Assembly (NCBI GenBank): GCA_039811685.1
Contig: JBDHZC010000004.1
Location: 96,001 to 160,000 of the forward strand
Direction: 5' to 3'
DNA length: 64,000 nt
Origin: Armatimonadota bacterium
GTDB taxonomy: Bacteria; Armatimonadota; UBA5829; DSUL01
The notes under the pieces were generated by a model, which searched no databases, was not told the DNA's origin, and was given only the letters and a program-made list of their open reading frames with translations. Of the stretch, positions 9,325 to 22,774 are shown piece by piece. A program made the position numbers and the translations under genes. Positions within the stretch are counted from its first letter, which is position 1. Every line of letters starts with the position of its first letter.

Positions 9325-10686
9325 TTGGATATTTGTGTAATTGGCACTGGATATGTGGGTCTGGTAACCGGCACCGTGTTTGCCGACCTCGGCAACAACG
9401 TCATCTGTGCGGACCAGGATTCCTCCAAGATTGACCAACTCAATGCCGGGAAGATGCCAATCTACGAGCCGGGTCTTGAGGAGATGGTCCTTCGCAATAC
9501 TGAAGACAACCGTCTCAGCTTCACCACAGACGTTGTTCGCGCGGTGGAAGCCTCCGAAGTGATCTTCATCTGTGTCGGCACACCGCCGGGTGAAGATGGT
9601 TATGCTGATCTCTCAGGCGTTACAGCGGTGGCGCAGGCCGTAGCTCGAGGCCTGAACGGGTACAAGGTTATCGTTAACAAGAGCACGGTGCCCGTGGGTA
9701 CAGGTGACCTGGTTCGCGAGATCATCAATGAGCACAAGGAAACGGATTTTGGCTTCGATGTTGTCAGCAACCCCGAGTTTCTGAGGGAAGGCTCAGCCAT
9801 CTCCGACACTCTTCATCCGGACCGCGTCGTCATCGGCGCTCCCACTCAGACGGTGGCTATGAAGATTCTGGAGCTTTACGCTCCACTAGAGCGCCCCATG
9901 CTTATCACGGATGTCAACTCGGCTGAGATGATCAAGTACGCCTCCAACGCCTTTCTTGCTACGAAGATATCCTTCATCAACGCCATCGCCAACATCTGTG
10001 ACCGTGCCGGAGCTGACGTATTGCAGGTTACCAAAGGGATGGGTTACGACACTCGAATCGGATCTCAGTTTCTGCAGGCGGGTCTCGGCTATGGTGGAAG
10101 CTGCTTTGGCAAGGATACGAGCTGCCTGTATCACACCGCTGCCCGGTTTGGCTACGACTTCCGGCTGCTGCGCGAAGTGATTGAAGTCAACGAACGCCAG
10201 GCGCATCTGTTCACGGATCGCATTCTCGAGGCTATCGCCCATACGACCGGCGCGACTGTTGGAATTCTTGGTCTGGCTTTCAAACCGAACACAGACGATA
10301 TGCGCGACGCAAAAAGTATAGAGATTATCGGACGGCTCCTGGCGCAGGGCTGCAGAATCAAAGCCTATGACCCGATTGCTATAGAGAACACGCAGCGCAT
10401 TTTCCCGCAGATTACGTACTGCAAGAGCGCTTATGAAGTAGCTGAGAGCGCAGACGCGGTCGTTCTGGTTACAGAGTGGAATGAGTTCAAGTTCCTGGCT
10501 CTAGACAGGATTCGCGACTCCATGCGCACTCCGGTATTCTTCGACGGACGCAACATGTACGACCCGGCTCGAATGGCGAGATTGGGTTTTGACTATCACT
10601 GCGTGGGACGTGCGCGCACTCTGTGGAACAATGGGGACAATATGCCTTCCCTGGACGCTGTCGCGCCGGCTGAAGCGTTGGGCTGA
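9325..10686 (+). CDS. ugd: UDP-glucose 6-dehydrogenase
   Basis: Rossmann GTGYVG, NKSTVPVGT, SNPEFLREG, GYGGSCFGKD catalytic Cys, GLAFKPNTDD; TTG start. Confidence 0.95.
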   Translation: MDICVIGTGYVGLVTGTVFADLGNNVICADQDSSKIDQLNAGKMPIYEPGLEEMVLRNTEDNRLSFTTDVVRAVEASEVIFICVGTPPGEDGYADLSGVTAVAQAVARGLNGYKVIVNKSTVPVGTGDLVREIINEHKETDFGFDVVSNPEFLREGSAISDTLHPDRVVIGAPTQTVAMKILELYAPLERPMLITDVNSAEMIKYASNAFLATKISFINAIANICDRAGADVLQVTKGMGYDTRIGSQFLQAGLGYGGSCFGKDTSCLYHTAARFGYDFRLLREVIEVNERQAHLFTDRILEAIAHTTGATVGILGLAFKPNTDDMRDAKSIEIIGRLLAQGCRIKAYDPIAIENTQRIFPQITYCKSAYEVAESADAVVLVTEWNEFKFLALDRIRDSMRTPVFFDGRNMYDPARMARLGFDYHCVGRARTLWNNGDNMPSLDAVAPAEALG

Positions 10687-10731
10687 TTTGCGGGCGCGTC
10701 GGCTGCTCAGAGCGGGCAAGGAGCTTTCTGT

Positions 10732-11637
10732 ATGTCACATTTCGGAATGACCAGAAATCGCCACTATGAAGCGGGTGTGGAATATCTGGATCACGGTCAG
10801 TTCGATCTGGCTATCCAGGAACTGCAGCGGGTCGTTGACGGGACCACAATCGCCAACGAAGCCGAGCGTAAACTTGCGCGCTTTCACCTGGGAGAGGCCC
10901 ACACTGCTCTTGCCGAAAAACACGCCCAGCGCCAGCAGTTCGAAAGCGCCGAGAAGGATCTCAAGCATGCGCTTTCCATCAATCCGCACTATGCTGACCT
11001 GCACTATCAGCTAGCCCGCGTGTACTACTGGACAGACCGTCTGCAGGAGTCCACACAGGAAGTCACTCGCGCTCTTGAGATCAATCCCACCTTTGCCAAA
11101 GCTCTTTTCCTGCGGGGACTCTTGCTATACCGCAAGCAAGACCGCCAGGGCGCTTTGAACCTGTTCAGGCAGGCATCGGAATTGGAGCTTGCCTACTGCG
11201 GTGGCGATCTGGAAAAGGCGTTCGAACTCGATAGCCAGGGAGATTACGAGTCCGCTCTGGATGCTTTTGCTCGTGTCGGCGAGATGTCGGTAGATGAGGT
11301 TGGCGAGCTGATTCGTCTGGCGCGTGAGCAGCTTCGCCTGGGCAATATTCCTGAAGCCGAGAAAAACCTCAGGGACGCTCTTGCCACAAATCCGAATTAC
11401 GCCGATGTGCATCACCTGATGGGGCAGGTGTGGCTGGCGCAGGAGAAATACCTCAAAGCAGTCAACGAGTTCAAGACGGCTCTCCTCATCAATCCGCAGT
11501 TTGTTGCGGCACACATCAGCCTGGGTGTAGCCTGTAGGGCAATGGGAAATGAGGATGCCGCTCGGGCTGCCTTCCAGCGGGCGGTATCCATCGAACCCGG
11601 GAACGAGGAGGCTCGCGCTCACCTATCGAAGCGCTGA
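10732..11637 (+). CDS. Tetratricopeptide repeat protein
   Basis: Repeated AL.INP.YADxH..LG TPR units; AAGGAG RBS. Confidence 0.85.
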   Translation: MSHFGMTRNRHYEAGVEYLDHGQFDLAIQELQRVVDGTTIANEAERKLARFHLGEAHTALAEKHAQRQQFESAEKDLKHALSINPHYADLHYQLARVYYWTDRLQESTQEVTRALEINPTFAKALFLRGLLLYRKQDRQGALNLFRQASELELAYCGGDLEKAFELDSQGDYESALDAFARVGEMSVDEVGELIRLAREQLRLGNIPEAEKNLRDALATNPNYADVHHLMGQVWLAQEKYLKAVNEFKTALLINPQFVAAHISLGVACRAMGNEDAARAAFQRAVSIEPGNEEARAHLSKR

Positions 11638-12797
11638 CAGATTCAACCAGGCAGATATTAGAACAGGGCGGAGGGCGCGCTTTTACAGTAGAGGCGCGTG
11701 ATCCGTCCTGTTCTGCGCGTACAGGTGTCCTGCAAACTCCTCACGGCACTGTGGAGACTCCAGTCTTCATGCCGGTGGCGACGCAGGGCGCCGTCAAGGC
11801 GATGACCACCGAAGAGGTCCGGGATATCGGTTTCAGGCTTATTCTGGCCAACACTTACCACCTGTATTTGCGACCTGGGACTGACGTACTGCGAGCCGCA
11901 GGCGGTTTACACGGCTTGATGAAGTGGGATGGGGCGCTGCTCACCGACAGCGGCGGTTACCAGGTTTTCAGCCTCTCCGCAATTCGCAAAATCTCCGAAG
12001 ACGGCGTCATGATTCGCAGCTATGTTGACGGCTCCCCGCACGACTTCACCCCTGAGAAAGTACTGGACATACAGCGCGCCATCGGCTCCGATATTGCTAT
12101 GGTGCTGGACATCTGCCCTCCGCACAACGCTTCCTATGACGAGGTGGCCAGAGCGGTGGAGCTTACGCTGCGATGGGCCGGGCGCTCTGCAGGTGTCCGT
12201 CAGGGGATTCCGCTGGTGTTTGGCATTGTTCAGGGCGGCAGGTTTGACGATCTGCGCAGCCTGTGCGCGGCCGGTCTCACGCAGATGGATTTTGACGGAT
12301 ACGCAATCGGAGGCGTCTCTGTGGGTGAGCCGCCAGCCGAAGCCTATCGCGTTGTCGATGTCACGGCTCCTCTCTTGCCCGATTCAAAGCCGCGCTATCT
12401 GATGGGTATGGGTACTCCAGTGGACATCCTTAATGGCATCGAGCGCGGTGTGGATATGTTCGACTGTGTCTTGCCAACACGTCTCGGCAGAAATGGAAGC
12501 GTTTACACCTCGCGCGGACGCCTCAACATCAAGAACGCGCGTTTTATCAGCGACCTCTCCCCTGTCGATCCAGACTGCGACTGTCCCACCTGCCGCAGCT
12601 ACTCCGCCGCGTATCTTCGTCATCTCTATCGTTCGCAGGAAATTCTGGCTGCCCGGCTCGCTACGATGCACAATCTCTGGCTTTACCACCGCCTGATAGT
12701 TGACGCTCGCCAGGCCATTCGCGAAGGCCGTTTTCTCGCGTTCAAAGAGCGGACCGTAGCGCAAATGTCGCCCGAGGTCTTATCCGGAGAGGCTTAG
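11634..12797 (+). CDS. tgt: tRNA-guanine transglycosylase (queuine tRNA-ribosyltransferase); start uncertain
   Basis: ETPVFMPVAT, ANTYHL, DSGGYQVFS, GIVQGG, FDCVLPTR and the Zn site CDCPTC..H. The conserved N-terminus ARTGVLQTPHG lies upstream of the first GTG (11751), so the start is placed at an in-frame CTG. Confidence 0.93.
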   Translation: MTDSTRQILEQGGGRAFTVEARDPSCSARTGVLQTPHGTVETPVFMPVATQGAVKAMTTEEVRDIGFRLILANTYHLYLRPGTDVLRAAGGLHGLMKWDGALLTDSGGYQVFSLSAIRKISEDGVMIRSYVDGSPHDFTPEKVLDIQRAIGSDIAMVLDICPPHNASYDEVARAVELTLRWAGRSAGVRQGIPLVFGIVQGGRFDDLRSLCAAGLTQMDFDGYAIGGVSVGEPPAEAYRVVDVTAPLLPDSKPRYLMGMGTPVDILNGIERGVDMFDCVLPTRLGRNGSVYTSRGRLNIKNARFISDLSPVDPDCDCPTCRSYSAAYLRHLYRSQEILAARLATMHNLWLYHRLIVDARQAIREGRFLAFKERTVAQMSPEVLSGEA

Positions 12798-12876
12798 CTT
12801 CGAAAGCGTCCGTTGCGTCACAGGAAGGACATCTACCTGTGGCAGTGGTAATATAGCTCGTACGGAGTGAACACCG

Positions 12877-13632
12877 ATGGATACTATTGGCGGGCAGTTG
12901 CGTGCGGCGCGTGAGGCTCGCGGATGGACAATCCAGGACGTTTACGAGCGTACGAGGATGTCCAGGAGCAGCATTGAGGCTATGGAGGCGGACGACTTCG
13001 CATCGTTTGCGGGGGTCGTTTACGCGAAGGTCTTTCTGCGCGATTATTGCCGCGTACTCGGTATCGATGACGGTCCACTCGTCCTGCAGATCGGTGAGCG
13101 TGCGGAAACGCAGCCAGAGCCTGCGCCGGAGCCGCGGTCTGTGTCACTGAACCTGTACTGGCTGGTACTGACGCTTTGTATCGTTGCGGCAGGGCTGGCT
13201 ATCGTCAAGTTCGTGCGATCGGGACAGGCGCCCAGTCGCCACGGGGTCCAAAGGCCTGGTTCGGCGTCTCAAGCTCTGAAGAGCAGGCAGCCGGGTATCG
13301 GTGTGGCTGTTACGGAGAATGAAAGTGGCGCGGCGTCCTCCAGCATTCCGGGACAGTCGGCGATGAACTCTGGCGCAGTTCGCGTGCGCCTGCGCGCGGT
13401 TGAGCCGACTTGGGTAAGATTGACCTCTGGCGGAAAGCTTCTATTTGAAGGTATTCTGCCGGCTGAAGCGGTGAAGGATCTGACGTCGCCAAAGCCTGTG
13501 CGTATGCGAGTGGGAAACGCTGGTGGAGTCTATCTACGGGTGGACGAAGGAGCTGAGAAATTGCTCGGAGCAACCGGACAGGTCGTCGAGCGCGACATCA
13601 GCGCCTCCACTGTCTCAGGGGGTACACGGTGA
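12877..13632 (+). CDS. rodZ: RodZ-like protein (HTH_25 + TM + DUF4115)
   Basis: IGGQLRAAREARGWT HTH, YAKVFLRDYCRVLG, a single TM, C-terminal WVRL...VGNAGGV. Confidence 0.85.
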   Translation: MDTIGGQLRAAREARGWTIQDVYERTRMSRSSIEAMEADDFASFAGVVYAKVFLRDYCRVLGIDDGPLVLQIGERAETQPEPAPEPRSVSLNLYWLVLTLCIVAAGLAIVKFVRSGQAPSRHGVQRPGSASQALKSRQPGIGVAVTENESGAASSSIPGQSAMNSGAVRVRLRAVEPTWVRLTSGGKLLFEGILPAEAVKDLTSPKPVRMRVGNAGGVYLRVDEGAEKLLGATGQVVERDISASTVSGGTR

Positions 13633-13683
13633 TGGCTGCAGGTAACCGGAGTTCCGGATTGTCTTGCCAGGAGATATGAATGT

Positions 13684-15285
13684 ATGAACAGGACTAGATT
13701 AGTATGGCTTGCTGTGCCGTTGGCGCTTGCCATTGCGGGGCCGCTGCCGGCGCAGGAAAAGACGAAAGTGGACATGACTGCCCCGGCGCCAGTGTTAGAG
13801 CCTTCAGGCATTGCGCCTGCGCCGACAGGGACGCCAAAGGGTTCCACGGGCCTGCTCATGTCACATGACAGCGGCAAGATGACGGATCGTCTGGCGCTCA
13901 ATGCCTCAGGATCAACTGTTGAGTTCAATGCGCCTGAGCCGCGCATGGTTACGGCTGTGCAATTCTTCGGCGCAAGATACGGCGCTACAGTGAAGCCTAC
14001 TGATACGTACAGCGTCGTGGTTTCGGACGCTCAGTTCAAACCGATCATTCGTATCGAAAAACCGCTGTTGAATCTCAGTCCGTCGCGAGAGACCTGGCAG
14101 ACAGTTGCGATTACTCCGGCTGCGAAAGTAGACGGCAGATTCTACATTACCCTGATTTTCAACTCCAACATCGAAAAAGGCATTTATGTCGGTGTGGATG
14201 AAGATAATCCGTCTGGTGACTCCAAAGTCGGGGTTCCCGGAACCGTTGCCTCAGATGTTGACTCGCCTCTGGACTGGATGATCCGCGCTTCAACGCAGAC
14301 TCCGGCTCAGTACGAAGCAGTCAGATCACAAGCAGCCGCTGCGGTTGTGAAGACCGCAGCCGCCAAAAAGCCAGCGGCGTCTGCTTCCAGTGCGAAGACC
14401 CCAACCCGTGTGGCTACCACCGCTCCTCAGAAGACCAAACCCGCGGCAACTGCCACGGCTCGGCCGGCAGGAACTGTCAGACCCGGCACGGGAGCAGCGG
14501 TTGTGACCAAAGGCAACAAAACGCGAATGTCCAGCCCGCAGAGCGCAACGTCTGGCGGAGGTGGGGCGAAGATCGCCTACCGGGATCCACATCGCCGTTT
14601 GAGTTTCACCAGCAAAGCGCCTGCTCTAAGGAGGGGTTGTGGACGAGTTGACGTCACATGGAACGTTTCGCCCGTTACGGTCGAGCTCAGCTATGTCGGA
14701 AAGCCTCCCAAGATTATCGAGAATCTAGATGTCAAACGATTTGCCGTAGACTTTCCCGTTCCGGAGCCAGGTCTGTTCAGCGTAGTTATCCGCAAGGCGG
14801 GTTACCAGCCGGCTGCGCGGCAGTTCCGGGTTGTGAGTGGGAGCCGCCAGGAGTGGCATGTGACGCTGCAACCCGGATCCGACACTGGCGCTGTGCCGAT
14901 CGTCGGTCCGAGTGACGCCGCCGGAGAGAATCGGCCGGTCATGCCGACCATAGAGGACTCATCCGAGCCTTTGCCGGAAGCCGCGCCTGTTATATCTCCA
15001 GAGAATCCCAACTCCGAGCGTAGTAATGTGGGTGTCAGACCAAACGGGGTTGCTCCGGCGCCGATGAGACCGCGACCCGAAAACATGCCCAACGGCGTTG
15101 GCGCTGACCACCGTCCAACTCCACCGGCGACTGGCGCTGGAAATGGAGTTCCGATTCGTCCGCCGGCGGGCAGGGAGCGTCCGCTGCGCCGGCCGCTTCG
15201 ATCGCCGAATGGTGCGGGAGTTCCTGCGCCACCGCCATCACCCGATCAAGCGCCTGCGCCTCCTCCACCTGCTCCAGCGGAATAA
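13684..15285 (+). CDS. Secreted hypothetical protein with PEGA-like segment and Ala/Thr- and Pro-rich low-complexity regions
   Basis: 533-aa ORF, AGGAG RBS, signal peptide, followed by a terminator; PGLFSVVIRKAGYQP resembles PEGA. Confidence 0.75.
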   Translation: MNRTRLVWLAVPLALAIAGPLPAQEKTKVDMTAPAPVLEPSGIAPAPTGTPKGSTGLLMSHDSGKMTDRLALNASGSTVEFNAPEPRMVTAVQFFGARYGATVKPTDTYSVVVSDAQFKPIIRIEKPLLNLSPSRETWQTVAITPAAKVDGRFYITLIFNSNIEKGIYVGVDEDNPSGDSKVGVPGTVASDVDSPLDWMIRASTQTPAQYEAVRSQAAAAVVKTAAAKKPAASASSAKTPTRVATTAPQKTKPAATATARPAGTVRPGTGAAVVTKGNKTRMSSPQSATSGGGGAKIAYRDPHRRLSFTSKAPALRRGCGRVDVTWNVSPVTVELSYVGKPPKIIENLDVKRFAVDFPVPEPGLFSVVIRKAGYQPAARQFRVVSGSRQEWHVTLQPGSDTGAVPIVGPSDAAGENRPVMPTIEDSSEPLPEAAPVISPENPNSERSNVGVRPNGVAPAPMRPRPENMPNGVGADHRPTPPATGAGNGVPIRPPAGRERPLRRPLRSPNGAGVPAPPPSPDQAPAPPPPAPAE

Positions 15286-15299
15286 AGGGTTGTTATTGG

Positions 15300-15330
15300 G
15301 CGGCTTCTCCACTCAGGGGAGGCCGCTTTC
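15300..15330 (+). terminator. Intrinsic terminator
   Basis: GCGGCTTCTCC-ACTCA-GGGGAGGCCGC-TTTC. Confidence 0.6.
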
Positions 15331-15453
15331 GCTTCTCTGCGTCGGTTATTTCGCGCTTGTCCGAGACAGACTCTAAGGCCGGCTCACTGCGCTGATAGGG
15401 ACGCCAGACAGGTTAGTCGGAGTCACCTGTAAGCAAAGACAGGCGTCTATTTG

Positions 15454-16206
15454 TCAGCTCTGGACAGGCTGTGCGAGCTTTGACGCGATTTGAGGTTCGA
15501 GGAGCCAGATCAGCTCCCCGTCTGTGGGCTGTAGTCCCTGCACTGGCGTGGAACGCGGTCTGGGCTCCTCTTCCAGCGCTGTTCGCAGGCGCTGGGCTTT
15601 CCCGCACCCACTGGAAATGACCAGCAGAGTTCGCGCGTTGTTGAACACTGGCAATGTGAGTGTTACGCGATCAACCCACGGCGGCAGTCCCGCGTGGGTG
15701 GAGACTGCAATGTCCTGAGTGTTACGCACAGCCGCTTTACGGGGAAACAGCGAAGCGGTGTGCCCATCAGGTCCCATGCCGTTCAGGCACAGATCAAAGC
15801 GTGGGAGTTCGTCGTCCTTGAGCCTGAAGAAATCCTGGATTGCCTTGGCGTAGACGCGTGCGCCACGCGTAGGCGTGGCCTCTTCTACCGGCACCGCAAA
15901 GACATTGTCGCGCGGCAGGCGGGTGACTTTGCTGATGAGCGCTTCATGCACGAGCTTGTAGTTGCTGTAGGGGTTTGTCCGATCGACATAGCGCTCGTCT
16001 CCCCAGAAGAGGAACACCTTGGTCCAGTCAATGCGCGCATGGGAAGCCAGCAGCTCATAGACTTTGGAGATCGAATGCCCTCCGCACAGAGTAATCGTGA
16101 AGCGGCCACGCTCAGCAATCGCCTCTTTCGCTCGCGCCAGAATGATCTCCACGGCCTGTCTGTTCTGGTCGTCTGCGTCTCTCGCAATAATAATCTGTCG
16201 TTCCAT
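15454..16206 (-). CDS. pgl: 6-phosphogluconolactonase
   Basis: FWGDERYV, SNY, FDLCLNGMGPDGHTASLFP, RVTLTLP. Confidence 0.93.
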   Translation of the reverse strand: MERQIIIARDADDQNRQAVEIILARAKEAIAERGRFTITLCGGHSISKVYELLASHARIDWTKVFLFWGDERYVDRTNPYSNYKLVHEALISKVTRLPRDNVFAVPVEEATPTRGARVYAKAIQDFFRLKDDELPRFDLCLNGMGPDGHTASLFPRKAAVRNTQDIAVSTHAGLPPWVDRVTLTLPVFNNARTLLVISSGCGKAQRLRTALEEEPRPRSTPVQGLQPTDGELIWLLEPQIASKLAQPVQS

Positions 16207-16312
16207 CGCAATCCCTGTGACGATATCTCCTTGACGGTAGAGCTTCGCCTACCGACTACTTACCCCATTGTCGGAGAAGTACTCCTCTCTTTAGAGGATA
16301 GTTCAACCGCGA

Positions 16313-16348
16313 GAGGCTCGCCCTGACAGCAACTGCCGGGCGAGCCTC
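16313..16348. terminator. Hairpin between nifJ and pgl
   Basis: GAGGCTCGCCC/GGGCGAGCCTC 11-bp stem; no clear U-tract. Confidence 0.45.
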
Positions 16349-16379
16349 GTCTCAAGGTGATGGTATGATCTGATCTGTC

Positions 16380-19955
<3,576 letters not shown>

Positions 19956-20322
19956 TCGTCTCTCCAGTTGAAAAGCCGCAGTCACGCAAGAAGACCACGG
20001 CGACTGTCGCTGCGCGCCGTAGTGGTTGTGCATCGTTGCAGTCGTATGGGCCGGGGCAGTTGCGCCGTCGCGGAAGCGGTGCGTCGCCGTTGAGTGGCCG
20101 TTGACGCTGCTGGAGAGCCAGAAGCGTGCATGTGCCCCAGCGCCGAACCTCCTCGTTATCGGTGCGCTGAGTGTCCAATCTTACTAGCCCAATTATATGT
20201 AGAGATTGTGCAGAAATCTCTACGTCTATGGTACTCACCGGCATGGGCCATTGGTACCATATGCTTGCGAGCAGGAGCCGCGGCCTGTAGAATAGGAGCT
20301 ACTTGCACAGTGAGTTGCGGCT

Positions 20323-20351
20323 TTGACAGGGCGGAGCCTGTCCGGTAAAAT
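20323..20351 (+). promoter_or_regulatory. Sigma70-type promoter of gap-pgk-tpiA
   Basis: TTGACA-17 bp-TAAAAT. Confidence 0.7.
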
Positions 20352-20424
20352 GCATCGGCTTTTCAGCGTCGAAGGCGGGACACTCAGCACCAATCGTTTG
20401 CTTTAGGGGAGGACACTAGTCACC

Positions 20425-21438
20425 ATGGCAGTCAAGATAGGAATCAACGGATTTGGCCGAATCGGCCGTCTGAGCTTCCGAGCGCTTCAGGAAAAGTACC
20501 CGAATGACGTTGAGATCGTAGCTATTAACGATCTGGTCGATTCCGCTACCAACGCGCACCTTCTGAAGTGGGATACAACGTACGGACGTTTCAAGGGCGA
20601 TGTTGCACCGGCGGACGGTGCGATCGTCGTCAATGGCAAGACCGTCAAGAGCTTTCAGGAGAAGGACCCCGCCAATATAGACTGGAACTCAGTAGGCGCA
20701 CAGATTGTCATCGAGTCCACCGGATTCTTTACCGACGCTGAGAAGGCCAAGGCGCATCTGGGCGGGTCCGTAAAGAAAGTTATCATTACAGCGCCAGCCA
20801 AGAACGAGGACGTCACACTGGTTCTCGGGGTCAATCAGGACGCATACGATCCTGCAAAGCACAACGTCATCTCCAACGCGAGCTGCACAACCAACTGCCT
20901 CGCGCCCGTAGCCAAGGTTCTTGTTGACAACTTTGGCGTGGAGGAAGGTCTGATGACGACCATCCACTCCTACACTAACGATCAGAAGATTCAGGATCAG
21001 GCGCACAAAGACCCTCGCCGCGCGCGTGCAGGCGCCGCCAACATGATCCCGACTTCGACAGGCGCCGCCAAGGCAATATCGCTCGTTCTGCCGGAACTCA
21101 AAGGCAAGATGCACGGATTTGCCATGCGCGTACCTACACTCACAGTATCTGTTGTAGATCTCGTCGTGAACACGGAGAAGCCGGTTACTGCTGAGTCTGT
21201 AAATGCGGCTATGAAAAAGGCCGCAGAAGGGTCTATGAAAGGCATCCTCGGCTATGAAGAGGAGCCGCTTGTGTCCAGCGACTTTATGGGCGATGAGCGC
21301 TCCAGTATTCTGGATGCCAACAGCACCATGACGATGGGCGACCACATGGTCAAGGTTATCTCCTGGTACGACAATGAGTGGGGATATTCTTGCCGAATTG
21401 CTGATCTGGTCAAGTTCCTGAAGGACAAAGGTCTCTAA
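20425..21438 (+). CDS. gap: Glyceraldehyde-3-phosphate dehydrogenase type I
   Basis: GINGFGRIGR, SNASCTTNCL, WYDNEWGYS. Confidence 0.98.
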   Translation: MAVKIGINGFGRIGRLSFRALQEKYPNDVEIVAINDLVDSATNAHLLKWDTTYGRFKGDVAPADGAIVVNGKTVKSFQEKDPANIDWNSVGAQIVIESTGFFTDAEKAKAHLGGSVKKVIITAPAKNEDVTLVLGVNQDAYDPAKHNVISNASCTTNCLAPVAKVLVDNFGVEEGLMTTIHSYTNDQKIQDQAHKDPRRARAGAANMIPTSTGAAKAISLVLPELKGKMHGFAMRVPTLTVSVVDLVVNTEKPVTAESVNAAMKKAAEGSMKGILGYEEEPLVSSDFMGDERSSILDANSTMTMGDHMVKVISWYDNEWGYSCRIADLVKFLKDKGL

Positions 21439-21537
21439 AGGTATCGAACGGCATGGGGGCCGGGAGACTGGGCGCACCGCCCTGTGCCTGGCCCCTTGTC
21501 ACATCCGGCGGCCGACCGGGAAAGGCTCTTCTTCGCA

Positions 21538-22722
21538 ATGAACAAGAAAACTATTGAAGATGTCGACGTTCAGGGCAAGCGCTTACTGGTGCGCGTGGAC
21601 TTCAACGTCCCTCTGGATGAGAATCAGAATATCACCGATGACCGCCGTATCCGGGCGGCGTTGCCGACTATTCAGTATTTGATTGATCATGGCGGGCGCG
21701 TTATTCTTTGCTCGCACCTCGGACGGCCAAAGGGCGAAGTGAAAGAGTCACTCAGGCTCAATCCCGTTGCGGCGCGTCTGAGTGAGTTGATCAACAAACC
21801 CGTCACGAAGGTGGATGATTGTATTGGCGCTCAGGTACAGGACGCCGTAGCGCGGATGGCGGACGGGGATATTCTGCTTCTTGAGAACCTTCGCTTTCAC
21901 AAGGAAGAAGAGAAGAACGAGCCGGAGTTTGCCCGGGAGCTCGCTTCGATCGCCGATCTGTATGTCAACGACGCTTTTGGCGCAGCGCACAGGGCGCACG
22001 GCTCAACGGAAGGAGTGACAAAATATCTTCCAGCCGTGTCTGGCTATCTGATGCAGAAGGAACTCGACTATCTCGGGCGCGCCCTGACCAATCCACAACG
22101 CCCGTTTGTGGCAATTCTTGGCGGGGCTAAGGTTGCCGATAAGATTCCTGTCATCCAGAACCTGCTGACCAAAGTGGACACGCTGATCATAGGCGGCGGG
22201 ATGGCCTACACTTTTCTCAAGGCAAGAGGCTGTGAGATTGGCCAATCTCTTCTGGACTCAGATGGAATGCCGCTGGCCGCAAAGGCGATGTCCGATGCCG
22301 AGGAAAAGGGTGTCCAGCTTCTGTTACCAGTGGATATCGTTGTAGCGGAAGAGTTTCGCGACGACGCTGCCTCGAAGGTCGTCCCTGCCGATCAGATTCC
22401 TGCTGATATGATGGGGATGGACATTGGGCACCAGACGCGATCTGCGTTTGCGGAGGTTATCCGGCAAGCCAAGACGGTCGTCTGGAACGGTCCGATGGGT
22501 GTCTTTGAGATGCCGAAATTCGCAGAAGGCACAAGAGCTATCGCCCAGGCGATGGCCGATAGCGCGGCGACGACAATCGTAGGTGGCGGTGATTCTGCGG
22601 CTGCGGTTGAGCAGATGGGCTTCGCTGCCAAAATGTCGCACGTTTCAACCGGAGGGGGAGCGAGTCTGGAGTTTCTGGAAGGAAAGACGCTTCCCGGTGT
22701 TGCGGCACTTGCAGACAAATAG
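21538..22722 (+). CDS. pgk: Phosphoglycerate kinase
   Basis: [43 protein letters not shown]. Confidence 0.97.
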   Translation: MNKKTIEDVDVQGKRLLVRVDFNVPLDENQNITDDRRIRAALPTIQYLIDHGGRVILCSHLGRPKGEVKESLRLNPVAARLSELINKPVTKVDDCIGAQVQDAVARMADGDILLLENLRFHKEEEKNEPEFARELASIADLYVNDAFGAAHRAHGSTEGVTKYLPAVSGYLMQKELDYLGRALTNPQRPFVAILGGAKVADKIPVIQNLLTKVDTLIIGGGMAYTFLKARGCEIGQSLLDSDGMPLAAKAMSDAEEKGVQLLLPVDIVVAEEFRDDAASKVVPADQIPADMMGMDIGHQTRSAFAEVIRQAKTVVWNGPMGVFEMPKFAEGTRAIAQAMADSAATTIVGGGDSAAAVEQMGFAAKMSHVSTGGGASLEFLEGKTLPGVAALADK

Positions 22723-22774
22723 ATCCGCGCAGGCTCTTGCGCAATCACGTGAAAAATCTAAGGACTAACTGGCG

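Noticed and set aside
22741..22756. parS-like TCACGTGAAA between pgk and tpiA
   Set aside because: The left arm does not match TGTT; only about 11/16 to consensus and a single copy.
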